64,000 nt of DNA, from positions 384,001 to 448,000 of the forward strand of contig CAVVCZ010000004.1 of assembly GCA_963746845.1 (NCBI GenBank). Direction: 5' to 3'. Positions 35,317 to 45,312 of the stretch are shown in pieces (the stretch's first letter is position 1; each line of letters starts with the position of its first letter). The translations under genes were made by a program, and so were the position numbers. The stretch is from an uncultured Chloroflexia bacterium (lineage in GTDB: Bacteria; Chloroflexota; Limnocylindria; Limnocylindrales; CSP1-4). The notes beneath the pieces are model-generated. The model was not told the origin of the DNA. It did not search any database and was given only the letters and a program-made list of their open reading frames with translations.

Positions 35317-38064
35317 ATGACCGAGACCGCAGGCGACCGACCGACGACGACCGACCTTCCGAAGGCCTACCAGCCCGGCGAGGTCGAGGGCGCCGTCTAC
35401 GAGCGCTGGCTGGCGGCCGACGTCTTCGCGCCCGACGGACCTGGCTCCACGGCCGACCCCGCCGCCGAGACGTTCACGATCATCCAGCCGCCGCCGAACA
35501 TCACCGGCTCGCTCCACCTCGGCCACGCCCAGCGCGCCACCGTCGAGGACCTGATGATCCGGCACGCCCGGATGACCGGCCGGCCGACTCTTTTCCTGCC
35601 GGGGCTCGACCACGCGTCGATCGCCGCCCAGTTCGTCCTCGACGGGATCCTCGCCCGGGAGGGCGAGAGCCGCCAGAGCCTCGGCCGTGAGCGTTACCTC
35701 GAGCGGATGGGGGAGTTCGTGGCCGCGACGCGGGCGACCATCCTCGACCAGGAGCGCCGTCTCGGCGCGTCCTACGACTGGAGCCGGCTCCGGTACACGA
35801 TGGACGACGGCTCCGCCAAGGCGGTCCGAGTCGCGTTCAAGACGCTGTTCGATCGCGGGTTCGCGTACCGGACCGAGGCCCTCGTCAACTGGTGCCCCGG
35901 GTGCCGGACGAGCGTGAGCGATCTCGAGGTGATCTCGACCCCGGAGACCGGCACGCTCTGGTCGATCCGCTACCACCTGCTCGACGAGGCCACCGGCGAG
36001 CCCGACCCGGATCGGACGATCACGGTCGCGACGACCCGGCCCGAGACGATCCTCGGCGATACCGCGGTCGCCGTCCATCCGGACGACGACCGCTACGCGG
36101 ACGTCGTCGGTCGCCGTGTACGGATTCCCTTCGTCGAGCGCGACGTCCCGATCATCGCCGACGAGGTCGTCGACCGCGCCTTCGGGACCGGCGCCCTGAA
36201 GATCACCCCGGCCCATGACCACGACGACCACGAGACCGGAGTCCGCCACGGCCTGCCGATGCCGACGGTCCTCGACGATGCGGCCGCGGTCGTCGACACC
36301 GGGACGCGCTATGACGGGATGGACCGGTACGCGGCACGGACGGCGATCCTCGCGGATCTCGCGGCCCGTGGCGACCTCGCCGGTGAGAGGCCACACGAGA
36401 TGGTGATCGGCCGCTGCCAGCGCTCCGACGACGTCATCGAGCCACGCCTCAAGACCCAGTGGTTCATCCGGACGAGGCCCCTCGCGGCCGCCGCCCTCGA
36501 GGCGACACGGAGCGGCCGGACGCGGATCGTGCCGCCCGTCTTCGAGAAGACGTGGGTGCACTGGATGACGACGATCCGCGACTGGAACGTCTCGCGTCAG
36601 CTCTGGTGGGGCCACCGGATCCCCGCCTGGTACTGCCCGGACGGTCACGTCACGGTCAGCGCGGAGGAGGGTGGGCCCACCGCCTGCGAGACCTGCGGCC
36701 GGCCCGCGGCGGACCTCCGCCAGGACCCGGATATCTTCGACACGTGGTTCAGCTCGGGGCTGTGGCCGTTCTCGACCCTCGGCTGGCCCGACGACACGCC
36801 CGACTACCGACGGTTCTACCCGACGTCGGTGATGGAGACCGGCTACGACATCATCTTCTTCTGGGTCGCCCGGATGATGATGCTCGGGATCGAGCTGACC
36901 GGCGACGCGCCCTTCCACACGATCGCGCTGTCCGGGCTGATCCGGGATCCGCTCGGCAAGAAGATGTCGAAGACGACGGGCAACGTGGTCGACCCGCTCG
37001 CGGTCATGGCCGAGTCCGGCGCCGACGCTCTCCGGTTCGCCCTGATCCACGGCGCCACCCCGGGGCAGGACCAGCGATTCGGGTCGCAGAAGCTGGAGCT
37101 CGCCCGGAACTTCGCGAACAAGCTCTGGAACGCCGCGCGCTTCGTGCTCGGCGCGCGCCCGGCATCCCTTGCCCCGGACGCCGGGCGGCCCGCGGCCCTC
37201 GACGACGCCCTCCTCGGGCCGACCGAGCGCTGGATCCGCTCTCGTGCGGCGGCGGCGACGGCGGCGGTCGACCGCGGGATCGCGGAGTACCAGTTCGCCG
37301 AGGTCACCCGCGCGCTCCACGACGGCATCTGGTCCGAGTTCTGCGACTGGGGCATTGAGCTTGCCAAGGTCCACCTCGCAGACGACTCCCTGTCCGACGA
37401 CGAGCGCGCCGCCACGTGGTGGACCCTCGTCGACGCGCTCGATACCTATCTGCGGCTCCTCCACCCGGTCATGCCGTTCGTGACCGAGGCGATCTGGGGC
37501 TCGCTTCCGCACCGTGCCGGCGACCCCGAGCTGCTGATGGTCGCCCGCTGGCCGTCGCCAGGTGACGGGGCGGACGCGGCCGTCGATGCCCGCTTCACCC
37601 AGATCGTCGACACGATCGTCGCGATCCGCAACGCGCGGGCCACGGCCGAGGCGCCCGCGGCCGGGTGGCTGGAGACGCATCTTGCCCTGCCCACGGATGC
37701 GTTCGACGGGTTCGAGGCGATCGCGCCGGCGATCGCCCGGCTGTCGAGGGCCCGACCGCTGGTGCTCCATCGCGACGCAACCGAGCTGCCCCGACCGGGC
37801 GGGGCGCTCGAGATCGTCCTCCCATCGGGCGACATCGAGGCGACGGTGATCCTGGCCGCGGCCGGCGATGGCGTCGCGGTCGACCGGGCGCGGCTCGAGA
37901 AGGAGCTTGGCGAAGCGGAAGGCCACCTGACCGCGGCGCTGGCGCGGCTCGCGAACCCCGCGTTCACCGAACGGGCGCCCACCGCGGTCGTCGACGGCGC
38001 GCGGACTCGGGCGGCCGAGCTGTCCGAGCAGGTCGAGCGACTGCGAGCGCGCCTGGGTCGCTAG
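35317..38064 (+). CDS. valS: Valine--tRNA ligase
   Basis: PPPNITGSLHLGH, DWNVSRQLWWGH, DTWFSS, KMSKT and C-terminal coiled coil. Confidence 0.97.
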   Translation: MTETAGDRPTTTDLPKAYQPGEVEGAVYERWLAADVFAPDGPGSTADPAAETFTIIQPPPNITGSLHLGHAQRATVEDLMIRHARMTGRPTLFLPGLDHASIAAQFVLDGILAREGESRQSLGRERYLERMGEFVAATRATILDQERRLGASYDWSRLRYTMDDGSAKAVRVAFKTLFDRGFAYRTEALVNWCPGCRTSVSDLEVISTPETGTLWSIRYHLLDEATGEPDPDRTITVATTRPETILGDTAVAVHPDDDRYADVVGRRVRIPFVERDVPIIADEVVDRAFGTGALKITPAHDHDDHETGVRHGLPMPTVLDDAAAVVDTGTRYDGMDRYAARTAILADLAARGDLAGERPHEMVIGRCQRSDDVIEPRLKTQWFIRTRPLAAAALEATRSGRTRIVPPVFEKTWVHWMTTIRDWNVSRQLWWGHRIPAWYCPDGHVTVSAEEGGPTACETCGRPAADLRQDPDIFDTWFSSGLWPFSTLGWPDDTPDYRRFYPTSVMETGYDIIFFWVARMMMLGIELTGDAPFHTIALSGLIRDPLGKKMSKTTGNVVDPLAVMAESGADALRFALIHGATPGQDQRFGSQKLELARNFANKLWNAARFVLGARPASLAPDAGRPAALDDALLGPTERWIRSRAAAATAAVDRGIAEYQFAEVTRALHDGIWSEFCDWGIELAKVHLADDSLSDDERAATWWTLVDALDTYLRLLHPVMPFVTEAIWGSLPHRAGDPELLMVARWPSPGDGADAAVDARFTQIVDTIVAIRNARATAEAPAAGWLETHLALPTDAFDGFEAIAPAIARLSRARPLVLHRDATELPRPGGALEIVLPSGDIEATVILAAAGDGVAVDRARLEKELGEAEGHLTAALARLANPAFTERAPTAVVDGARTRAAELSEQVERLRARLGR

Positions 38065-38921
38065 TGCCGGCCGACGTCCGCGACCACCGGCCAGTGGTCG
38101 GACCGGTCGCCGGCCTCGGTCGCGACCCGGCACGCGACGACCTCGAGGCCGCGGACGAAGACGTGGTCGATCGCGGCCGGCCCGGACGACGACCGGCGAG
38201 GGTCGCCCGGGCGGACGCCGACGATCGCGAACGCATCGTGGAGTGCGGCCGTCAGGGCCCGGGTCTCGTCCGCCTCGACCGGCGCGTTGAGGTCGCCCGT
38301 CACGACCAGCGGTCGGTCGCCCTCGGCGGCGATCGATGCCAGCGCCTCGACCTGCCGCCGGCGCTGCTCGCGCCCGATGTAGGTCAGGTGCGTCGTGAGG
38401 ATCGCGACGCCGTCGACGACCACGCCCACGACGCAGCGCCCCTCGCGGTGGCCGGGCTCCACATCGCCGTACCGCGCGCCCGCCAGCGGGTGATCGGCGC
38501 CGGGGGGCTCGACCAGGTCGTCATCGGCCGCCCGGGGGAGGTCGCGCGTGAACGCCCCGGCGAGCGGCCCGCGGGTCAGGATCGCGTTGCCCCACATCGC
38601 CGCGCCGACCGCCCGACCCGTATGGGGCTCGACCAGGGGGAACGCGTGGACGGCCCCGTAGTGGACCCGCATCCCGGTGAGCCGGGCCAGCTCTGCCGGC
38701 TGGTCGACGACCACGCCGTCGGCGGTCAGGATCGCGACCTCCTGGAGGGTCACGATATCGGCCGCGAGCCCGCCGATGAACGCGGCGATGGACGCCAGCC
38801 GCTCGGCGCGGATGTGGCGCCACCAGGCCGGCGGGAACGGCTCGCCGGGGCCGATCGCGGCCCGGATGTTCCAGCTGACGACCCGGAGGCCGTCGGACCC
38901 GGCGGCCGGGCCCGACGCCAC
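38061..38921 (-). CDS. Endonuclease/exonuclease/phosphatase family protein
   Basis: SWNI, LQEV, GNAIL, THL, GDLN, IDHV and SDH motifs. Confidence 0.85.
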   Translation of the reverse strand: MASGPAAGSDGLRVVSWNIRAAIGPGEPFPPAWWRHIRAERLASIAAFIGGLAADIVTLQEVAILTADGVVVDQPAELARLTGMRVHYGAVHAFPLVEPHTGRAVGAAMWGNAILTRGPLAGAFTRDLPRAADDDLVEPPGADHPLAGARYGDVEPGHREGRCVVGVVVDGVAILTTHLTYIGREQRRRQVEALASIAAEGDRPLVVTGDLNAPVEADETRALTAALHDAFAIVGVRPGDPRRSSSGPAAIDHVFVRGLEVVACRVATEAGDRSDHWPVVADVGRH

Positions 38922-38936
38922 GACGGGTTCCCGCAG

Positions 38937-39827
38937 CTACTTGACGGAGCCTGCCAGCAGGCCCTGGACGAAGTAGCGCTGGAGGCTGAAGAACACGAGC
39001 AGCGGCACGGCCATCAGCAGGAACGCCGATGCCGCGAGCAGGTGCCACTCGGTGCCGTACGTGCCGAGGAGCGTGGTGACCTGGATCGTCATCGGGTAGT
39101 TCTCGTTCTTGCCGACGAAGATCAGGGCCATCAACAGGTCGTTCCAGACCCACAGGAACTGGAAGATCCCGTAGGCCGCGAGGGCCGGCACCGACAGCGG
39201 GATGACGATCGTCCGGAAGACGCCGAACACCGACGAGCCGTCGATCCGGGCGGCCTCGATCAGGTCCTTGGGCAGGGTGATGAAGAAGTTCCGCAACAGG
39301 AAGATGCCGAACGGCAGGGCGAACGCGGTGTGGGCGAGCCAGATCCCGACGAAGCCCTGGGTCAGCCCGAACGGGCGGAACAGCTGGAGGACCGGCAGGA
39401 ACGCGACCTGGACCGGGACCATCATCAACGCGATGATGATCAGGAAGATCGTGTCCCGGAACGGGAACCGCAGCCACGAGAACGCGTAGGCCGCCAGCGA
39501 GCAGACGACGAGTGGCAGGATCGTCGAGGGGATCGCGATGATCAGGCTGTTGATGAACGCCTGGCCCATCCCCTGGGCGTTGAGGACCTGTTGGTAGTTC
39601 TCCGTCGTCAGCTGGAAGCTGCCGAGCGTCGTCCACCAGCCGGATGACTGGATCTCGGTCCGCGGCCGGAACGACGTCACGAGCAGGCCGATCGTCGGGA
39701 CCAGCCAGATGATCGCGATCAGCCCGAGCGCGAGATGGATCGGCAGGCGGTTGAGCGCGTGAAGGATCCGGGCGCTCGTCGTCTGGGCCGGGGCGACAAC
39801 GCTCTCGGTTGCAGCGGTCGTGCTCAT
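38937..39827 (-). CDS. Carbohydrate ABC transporter permease (AglG-like)
   Basis: EAARIDG and FQFLWVWNDLL motifs. Confidence 0.88.
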   Translation of the reverse strand: MSTTAATESVVAPAQTTSARILHALNRLPIHLALGLIAIIWLVPTIGLLVTSFRPRTEIQSSGWWTTLGSFQLTTENYQQVLNAQGMGQAFINSLIIAIPSTILPLVVCSLAAYAFSWLRFPFRDTIFLIIIALMMVPVQVAFLPVLQLFRPFGLTQGFVGIWLAHTAFALPFGIFLLRNFFITLPKDLIEAARIDGSSVFGVFRTIVIPLSVPALAAYGIFQFLWVWNDLLMALIFVGKNENYPMTIQVTTLLGTYGTEWHLLAASAFLLMAVPLLVFFSLQRYFVQGLLAGSVK

Positions 39828-39828
39828 G

Positions 39829-40752
39829 TCAGACCACCGATCCGCTGCGGAAGCGACGGACGTTGAAGATCATCACGGGGATCAGGAGGACCAGCATCAC
39901 GACGGCCACCGCGGCCGCCTTGCCGAACTGGCCCGACGAGAAGTCCTGCTTGTAGAACTCGAAGGCGATCACCCGGCTCGCGTTGCCCGGGCCGCCGCCC
40001 GTCATCACGTACGGGATGTCGAACAGCTTGACGACGTTCACGATCAGCGTGACGGCGAGGACCGAGATCGGCAGGCTGACCATCGGCAGGATGATCCGCC
40101 AGAAGATCTGGAACTCGTTCGCGCCGTCGGTTCTCGCGGCCTCGAGGATCTCCGGAGAGATCCCCTTCAGGGCGGCCGACAGGATGACGGTCGCGAAGCC
40201 CACCGACCCCCAGATGCCGACCGCGATCAGCGACGCGTTCACGAACGCCGGGTCGCCGAGCCAGGACACGGGACCGACCCCGAAGATGCCGAGGAGGGCG
40301 TTCAGGAACCCGACGTTCGGGTCGAGCTGGTACATGAACGTCCAGATGACGCCGAGGGCCGTCGCGGCGATGGCCATGGGCAGGAAGACGATCGCCTTGA
40401 TGATCGATTCGTAGCTCACGCGCATCGCGACCACCGCGATGACGAGGCCGAAGAAGATGACGAACCCCGTGTAGAAGATCAGCCAGAGGACGTTGTTGAC
40501 GATCGACTGGACGAAGGACGGGGTCTGGAAGAGCGTGATGTAGTTGTCGAGCCCCACGAACCGCGTGAAGTTCCCGCCGAGTCCGCGGTCGAAGCTCATC
40601 CGGATGGTCGAGATGACCGGGTAGACGAGGAAGACCAGCAGGAGGACGAGGGCGGGCGCGAGGAACGCCAGGGCGGTGAAGCCGCCCGGGACGCCTCGCC
40701 TCGGCTTGCCCATGGTCGCGGTGGCCGGAAGTTGTTGCGGAACGGTCGCCAC
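39829..40752 (-). CDS. Carbohydrate ABC transporter permease (AglF-like)
   Basis: FVGLDNY, EAARTDGA and FDIPYVMTGG motifs; GGAGGA RBS before GTG. Confidence 0.88.
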   Translation of the reverse strand: MATVPQQLPATATMGKPRRGVPGGFTALAFLAPALVLLLVFLVYPVISTIRMSFDRGLGGNFTRFVGLDNYITLFQTPSFVQSIVNNVLWLIFYTGFVIFFGLVIAVVAMRVSYESIIKAIVFLPMAIAATALGVIWTFMYQLDPNVGFLNALLGIFGVGPVSWLGDPAFVNASLIAVGIWGSVGFATVILSAALKGISPEILEAARTDGANEFQIFWRIILPMVSLPISVLAVTLIVNVVKLFDIPYVMTGGGPGNASRVIAFEFYKQDFSSGQFGKAAAVAVVMLVLLIPVMIFNVRRFRSGSVV

Positions 40753-40764
40753 TTCGTCCTCCAG

Positions 40765-40804
40765 CGAAAGAAAGGCGCGAACGGGCTGAGCCCGTTCGCG
40801 CCTT
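40765..40804 (-). terminator. Intra-operon stem-loop/terminator after the solute-binding gene
   Basis: 15-bp perfect stem AAGGCGCGAACGGGC/GCCCGTTCGCGCCTT followed by TCTTT on the minus strand. Confidence 0.75.
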
Positions 40805-40825
40805 CGGATGCCTAGTGGCTCGAGA

Positions 40826-42187
40826 TCACTTCTCGCTGTCCCAGGCGCCCTTGACTCCGGTCTGGAACGTGCCCAGGAGCCCAGCAGCGTCCTTGCCCTG
40901 GATGACGTCCTGGAGCATCGCGCCCATGTCGGGAGCGCCGGCCGGCAGCGTGTCGGAGCCGTCATAGACGACTGCCGATGCGCCCGCGACCTGAGCGGCT
41001 TCCTTCTTGGCGAGATCGTTCGGGTAGTTCTCGGCCCCGACCGCCTTGACCGGCGAGATGATCGCACCGGTCTTGGCCCACGTGGAGCCGGCGTCAGCGG
41101 TCGTCATGAACGTGATGAACTCCTTGACGCCGGGGTTGGTCGTCAGCGCCGCGATCTCGTCGCCGCCGATCTCCGCCGCGGTGTCACCGGCGCCACCGAA
41201 GGTCGGGAAGTCGAACCAGTCGATGGTCTTGCCGATCTCCAGCGCCTTGTTGGTCTGGCCCGTGGCGATCCCGCCGACGAAGCCGCCCTCGTAGTAGAGC
41301 GCCGCCGTCGGGTTGGTCCCGAAGGCCTGCGCGATCCCGTCCGTGAAGGCGACGCCGAGGGCGCCAGTGATCCCACCCGGGACGTTGGCGTTCGTGATGA
41401 CTTCCTTCATCGTGTCGAGCGCCTTCGTGACGGTCGGGTCGGTCCAGTTGCCGTCCGGGCTGAAGAGCTTCTTGTACGCGTCCGGGCCGTTCTGGCGGAG
41501 GTAGACCTCCTCGAACCAGTCGGTCAGCGTCCACGAGTCCTTCGCGCCGAGCGCGAGCGGGGTCTTCGTGCCCTTGCCCTGGAGCGTCGTGATCAGGGCC
41601 TTCAGGTCGTCCCAGCTCTTCGGCGCGGTCGCTCCGGCCGCGGTCAGCGTGTCCGGCCGATACCAGAACGTACTCTTGCTGTTGAACTTGACCATGATCC
41701 CGTAGAGCTCACCGTCGACCTTGCCCGGATCAAGGATGCCGGGCGGGTAGTTCGCCTCGAGGCTCGCGGGATCGATCCCGAGGTCGCTGATCTTCTTGAT
41801 GCCACCCGAGCGGGCGAACTGGCGCAGGAACCCGAGGCCCGGCATGATCGCCACGTCGGGCGGGCTGCCGCTCGTGATCTTGCTCTGGAGGACCGTCGCG
41901 TAGTCGGTCCGCTGTGCCTGGTAGGTGGCCGTGTTGCCGGTCGCCTTGTTGAACTCGTCGAGGACCTTCTGGAACGATTCCTGCTCGCTGCCACCCCACA
42001 GAGAGGTGACGGTGATCGTCGCCCCGGTCACGGCGGACCCGGCGGGGGCCGACGAGGTACCCGGAGCGGACGACGCGCCACCTGGCGCGCTGGATCCGGC
42101 CGGCGACGGCGTGGCACTGCTGCCGCACGCCGAGACGATCATGACGGCCGCGATCGGCAACGCCACGAATCGCGAGAACTTGGCCAT
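40826..42187 (-). CDS. Sugar ABC transporter substrate-binding lipoprotein (AglE-like)
   Basis: VSAC lipobox, KSTFWY and WTLTDWFE; GGAGGAGGAG RBS. Confidence 0.85.
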   Translation of the reverse strand: MAKFSRFVALPIAAVMIVSACGSSATPSPAGSSAPGGASSAPGTSSAPAGSAVTGATITVTSLWGGSEQESFQKVLDEFNKATGNTATYQAQRTDYATVLQSKITSGSPPDVAIMPGLGFLRQFARSGGIKKISDLGIDPASLEANYPPGILDPGKVDGELYGIMVKFNSKSTFWYRPDTLTAAGATAPKSWDDLKALITTLQGKGTKTPLALGAKDSWTLTDWFEEVYLRQNGPDAYKKLFSPDGNWTDPTVTKALDTMKEVITNANVPGGITGALGVAFTDGIAQAFGTNPTAALYYEGGFVGGIATGQTNKALEIGKTIDWFDFPTFGGAGDTAAEIGGDEIAALTTNPGVKEFITFMTTADAGSTWAKTGAIISPVKAVGAENYPNDLAKKEAAQVAGASAVVYDGSDTLPAGAPDMGAMLQDVIQGKDAAGLLGTFQTGVKGAWDSEK

Positions 42188-42414
42188 CGGCCTACTCCTC
42201 CTCCTGCCGTCGAGACGATCCATCACGTCCGGGGCCCCCATGGTCCCGGAAGGGTCGGCTCAGCGGCGGTTCCACCCGATCTCGGGTGACTGACCCGGCG
42301 ACGCCGGGAAGATGGTCGACGCCGACCGACTGGACGCTGGCGATGCCTCCGACGCGCGGTGCGCTATGCCGCGACGCCGGGGAGCGTCAGCGAGGAGCCG
42401 GGCGGGTCGCCGTG

Positions 42415-42480
42415 TGGGAACGTGTCATTCATCGCGAGACTAATCGCGGCCTCGCCAGGGTGTCAACGGTAATCGATTTC
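42415..42480 (-). promoter_or_regulatory. Sigma70 promoter with LacI-type operator candidates
   Basis: Minus strand TTGACA(42466-61)-18 nt-TAGTCT(42442-37); GAAATCGATTAC palindrome at 42469-80; TGGGAACGTGTCA at 42415-27. Confidence 0.65.
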
Positions 42481-42519
42481 GCGAGCGTGGATCGCCGCCT
42501 GAGCCGGACTCGCCGGGCC

Positions 42520-45312
42520 TCATCCGCGTCCGCTCGCCGGAGCCAGCCGGACCGTCCGGATCTCCCACGCACGGAGCGGGATCCGGAGCGATCCATCCGG
42601 CTCCGGTGCGATCGATCCGCCGACCCGGCCGAGCAGGTCGACGTCATGGACCGACGCGATCCCGCCGGGCAGGCGCGCGGTCGCGATCGTCGCCTCCGGG
42701 GTCTCGGCGACGAGCCGGAGCTCGAGCACCGTCCCGCGTCGGCGCAGGGCCGAGAGGACCACACCGGCGCCGTCGACGGCGAGGCCCTCGGCGGTCCGCG
42801 CCGGCGCGTCGACCGGCGCGCGTCCGGCCGCGGTCAGCGCCGGCAACCGGAACCGGTCGCCCGCACGCAGGGCGTCGACGGCCGCCCAGGAGCCCGCGTG
42901 GGGCAGGACCGCGAAGCCGAACCACCACGGCCCGAGGAGCTGGGCGCCCGGGACGGGCACCTCGGGGCCCGCCGGGTCCTCCCGGAACGGGTTGTCGTTG
43001 CGGCTGATCAGGCCCGTCGAGCGGAGGGCAGTCAACGCGAGCTCGCGCCCTTCGACGAGCTCGTACTCCGTGACGTGCTCGAGCAGGATCGTCACGCCCG
43101 CCGCGTGCACGAAGCCGTGCGCCGGGAAGGTCGGCGTCGGGATCTCGCCGTGCCCGGCCTCGACCGTGAGGCCGCGATCGACGACCGCGAACTGGCCCTC
43201 GGCGGACGACTGGTCGGTGGCCGCCGGCAGCGGGATATGGACCCGGACACGGTGGTCACGCGACGGGTTGGTGAACGAGATCGCGACCCGGACGAACGGC
43301 TCGCCCGTCCGCAGTTCGAGCCGCGTCGTCACTTCGACGGGCGCCGTCGTCTCGGACCGGGATCCACCATCCGGGGCCAGCCCGACCGGCCAGTCGTACC
43401 GGGAGACGACCTCGAGACTGCCCCGCACGGGGCCTCGCTCGATCGGCTGGACGACGACGACGGACGGCGTCTCGACGAGGCGATCCACCGCCGGCGGGCC
43501 GTAGTTGTAGGTGTCGCCGTAATCGCCGCCATCCACGATCCTGCCGACCCCCGTCAGCCGGGAGCCGCCACCCTCGATGGTGGACGTCCCGTCGTCGGCG
43601 ACGTCGAGGCGGACAAGGCCGTTCGCGAGCGACCGGTCGCCGACGATGACGGCGGGCATCGGCAGCTCCCCGCCGGCGGTCGCCTCGACCGGCACGACGA
43701 CCGTCGAACCGAGCGCCGGCAGCGGGACCGGGGCCGCAAGACGCCGTCGGTCGCCGCGGACGACGACGACGTCCCACGGCCCGTCCGGCGCCTCGGCCGT
43801 CGCCGCGGCCACCGCGTCGAGGAGGGCATCGACGTCGAAGTCGTCGGGCGCCGCCGGGTCGTCCATCAGCAGGGCCAGCTCCGGAACGTCGCCGTCGCGG
43901 CGGATCAGGTGGCCATCGAGCGAGTGGCCGAACAGCTCGCGGCCGTGGAGCCGCCGGGCGAACAGCTCCGGGACCTGCCGACCCGCGAGTCGCATCCGGC
44001 GCAGGGCCGTCTCGGGTCGGTCGACCAGCTGGGTCGGGATCCGACGGCCGTCCGGCAGCGCGAGCTCCACCGTCTCCCACGCCGCCGGGACGTCCAGGTC
44101 GACCTCGACGACGTCCGTCCGCGCGAACGGCGACGGATTGACGACCGCGACGCTGCCCCGCGGTGCGGCCGCGGCGAGCGGCCGGATCGCCGTCGTCACG
44201 ATCCCCCGGCCGATCTGCTCGGCCTCCGCGAACCGGGTGAGCACCTGGTTGACGACCACGTCCTGGGAGCAGCCGCAGATCGAGTCGTGGGCCGAGTTCT
44301 CGACGACCCGCCGCCACGCGAGCTCGAGCAGGCGCTCCGGCCAGGCCGTGCCGTGGATCGCCGCCAGCGGCTCGGCGCAGCGTTCGAGGGCGCGCTCCGC
44401 CCGGCCGGCGGCGGCCTTGATGTCGATCCGGGCCGAGGTGACGTTCGACAGCATGTTGGCGCGCGCCGCCGACCGGAGCTCGCCCGTCCAGATCGGGGCG
44501 ACCGCGGGATCCGGCTGGTCCGGGTCGGCGACCGCGGCGTCGAACGCGCGGATGTAATCGCTCAGCGTCTCGATCCGGACGACGATGTCGGTCCGCTGCG
44601 CGTTGGCGTCCGCGACGATCGTCGCGAGACGCGGGGAGGGGACCGCGTGGTCCGTCCCGTACATGGCGAGGATCGAGCGGTCGCCGTAGAACGCCCGGCT
44701 CGCGGCGGCGAACCGGCCGACCTTCTCGGCGAGACGGTCCGGGATCGCGAGCAGGTACGCCCCGTTGCCGTAGCCGCCGACGAGGTACTCCGCCCGGACC
44801 GACGAGCCGTCCGGGGCCCGCCACGTGAACGCGTGGCGGTCGATGGACCCAGGGACCCCGCGCCAGACGACCGCGTGCCGGATCCCGGCCCGACGGAGGA
44901 TCTGGGGCATCTGCGCGACGTGCCCGAACATGTCCGGCAGGTAGCCGACCGGCATGGCCGCGCCGAAGGTCTCCGCCGCGTGCCAGCCGATCTCCAGGTT
45001 CCGGATCATCGTCTCGCCCGAGACGAGGAACTCGTCCATGAGGATCTGCCACGGCCCGATCGCCAGCCGGCCCTCGGCGATGAGCCGTTCGATCCGGGCG
45101 CGACCCTCGGGTCGCACCTCGAGGTAGTCGTCCACGGTCGCGACCTGGCCGTCGAGCGTGAACGCGAGCCGGTCGTCCGCCTCCATCGAATCGAGGAGCT
45201 CGTCGACGAGCTCGACGAGGCGCATCCGGAACACCTGGAACGGCTCGTACCACTCCCGATCCCAGTGGGTGTGTGGGACGAGGTGGATGACGGCCGGCGC
45301 CTCGACGGCCAT
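42520..45312 (-). CDS. Glycoside hydrolase family 38 (alpha-mannosidase / MngB-like)
   Basis: HTHWDREWY, LDGQ, YLPDMFGH, GTDH and AHDSICGCS motifs. Confidence 0.9.
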   Translation of the reverse strand: MAVEAPAVIHLVPHTHWDREWYEPFQVFRMRLVELVDELLDSMEADDRLAFTLDGQVATVDDYLEVRPEGRARIERLIAEGRLAIGPWQILMDEFLVSGETMIRNLEIGWHAAETFGAAMPVGYLPDMFGHVAQMPQILRRAGIRHAVVWRGVPGSIDRHAFTWRAPDGSSVRAEYLVGGYGNGAYLLAIPDRLAEKVGRFAAASRAFYGDRSILAMYGTDHAVPSPRLATIVADANAQRTDIVVRIETLSDYIRAFDAAVADPDQPDPAVAPIWTGELRSAARANMLSNVTSARIDIKAAAGRAERALERCAEPLAAIHGTAWPERLLELAWRRVVENSAHDSICGCSQDVVVNQVLTRFAEAEQIGRGIVTTAIRPLAAAAPRGSVAVVNPSPFARTDVVEVDLDVPAAWETVELALPDGRRIPTQLVDRPETALRRMRLAGRQVPELFARRLHGRELFGHSLDGHLIRRDGDVPELALLMDDPAAPDDFDVDALLDAVAAATAEAPDGPWDVVVVRGDRRRLAAPVPLPALGSTVVVPVEATAGGELPMPAVIVGDRSLANGLVRLDVADDGTSTIEGGGSRLTGVGRIVDGGDYGDTYNYGPPAVDRLVETPSVVVVQPIERGPVRGSLEVVSRYDWPVGLAPDGGSRSETTAPVEVTTRLELRTGEPFVRVAISFTNPSRDHRVRVHIPLPAATDQSSAEGQFAVVDRGLTVEAGHGEIPTPTFPAHGFVHAAGVTILLEHVTEYELVEGRELALTALRSTGLISRNDNPFREDPAGPEVPVPGAQLLGPWWFGFAVLPHAGSWAAVDALRAGDRFRLPALTAAGRAPVDAPARTAEGLAVDGAGVVLSALRRRGTVLELRLVAETPEATIATARLPGGIASVHDVDLLGRVGGSIAPEPDGSLRIPLRAWEIRTVRLAPASGRG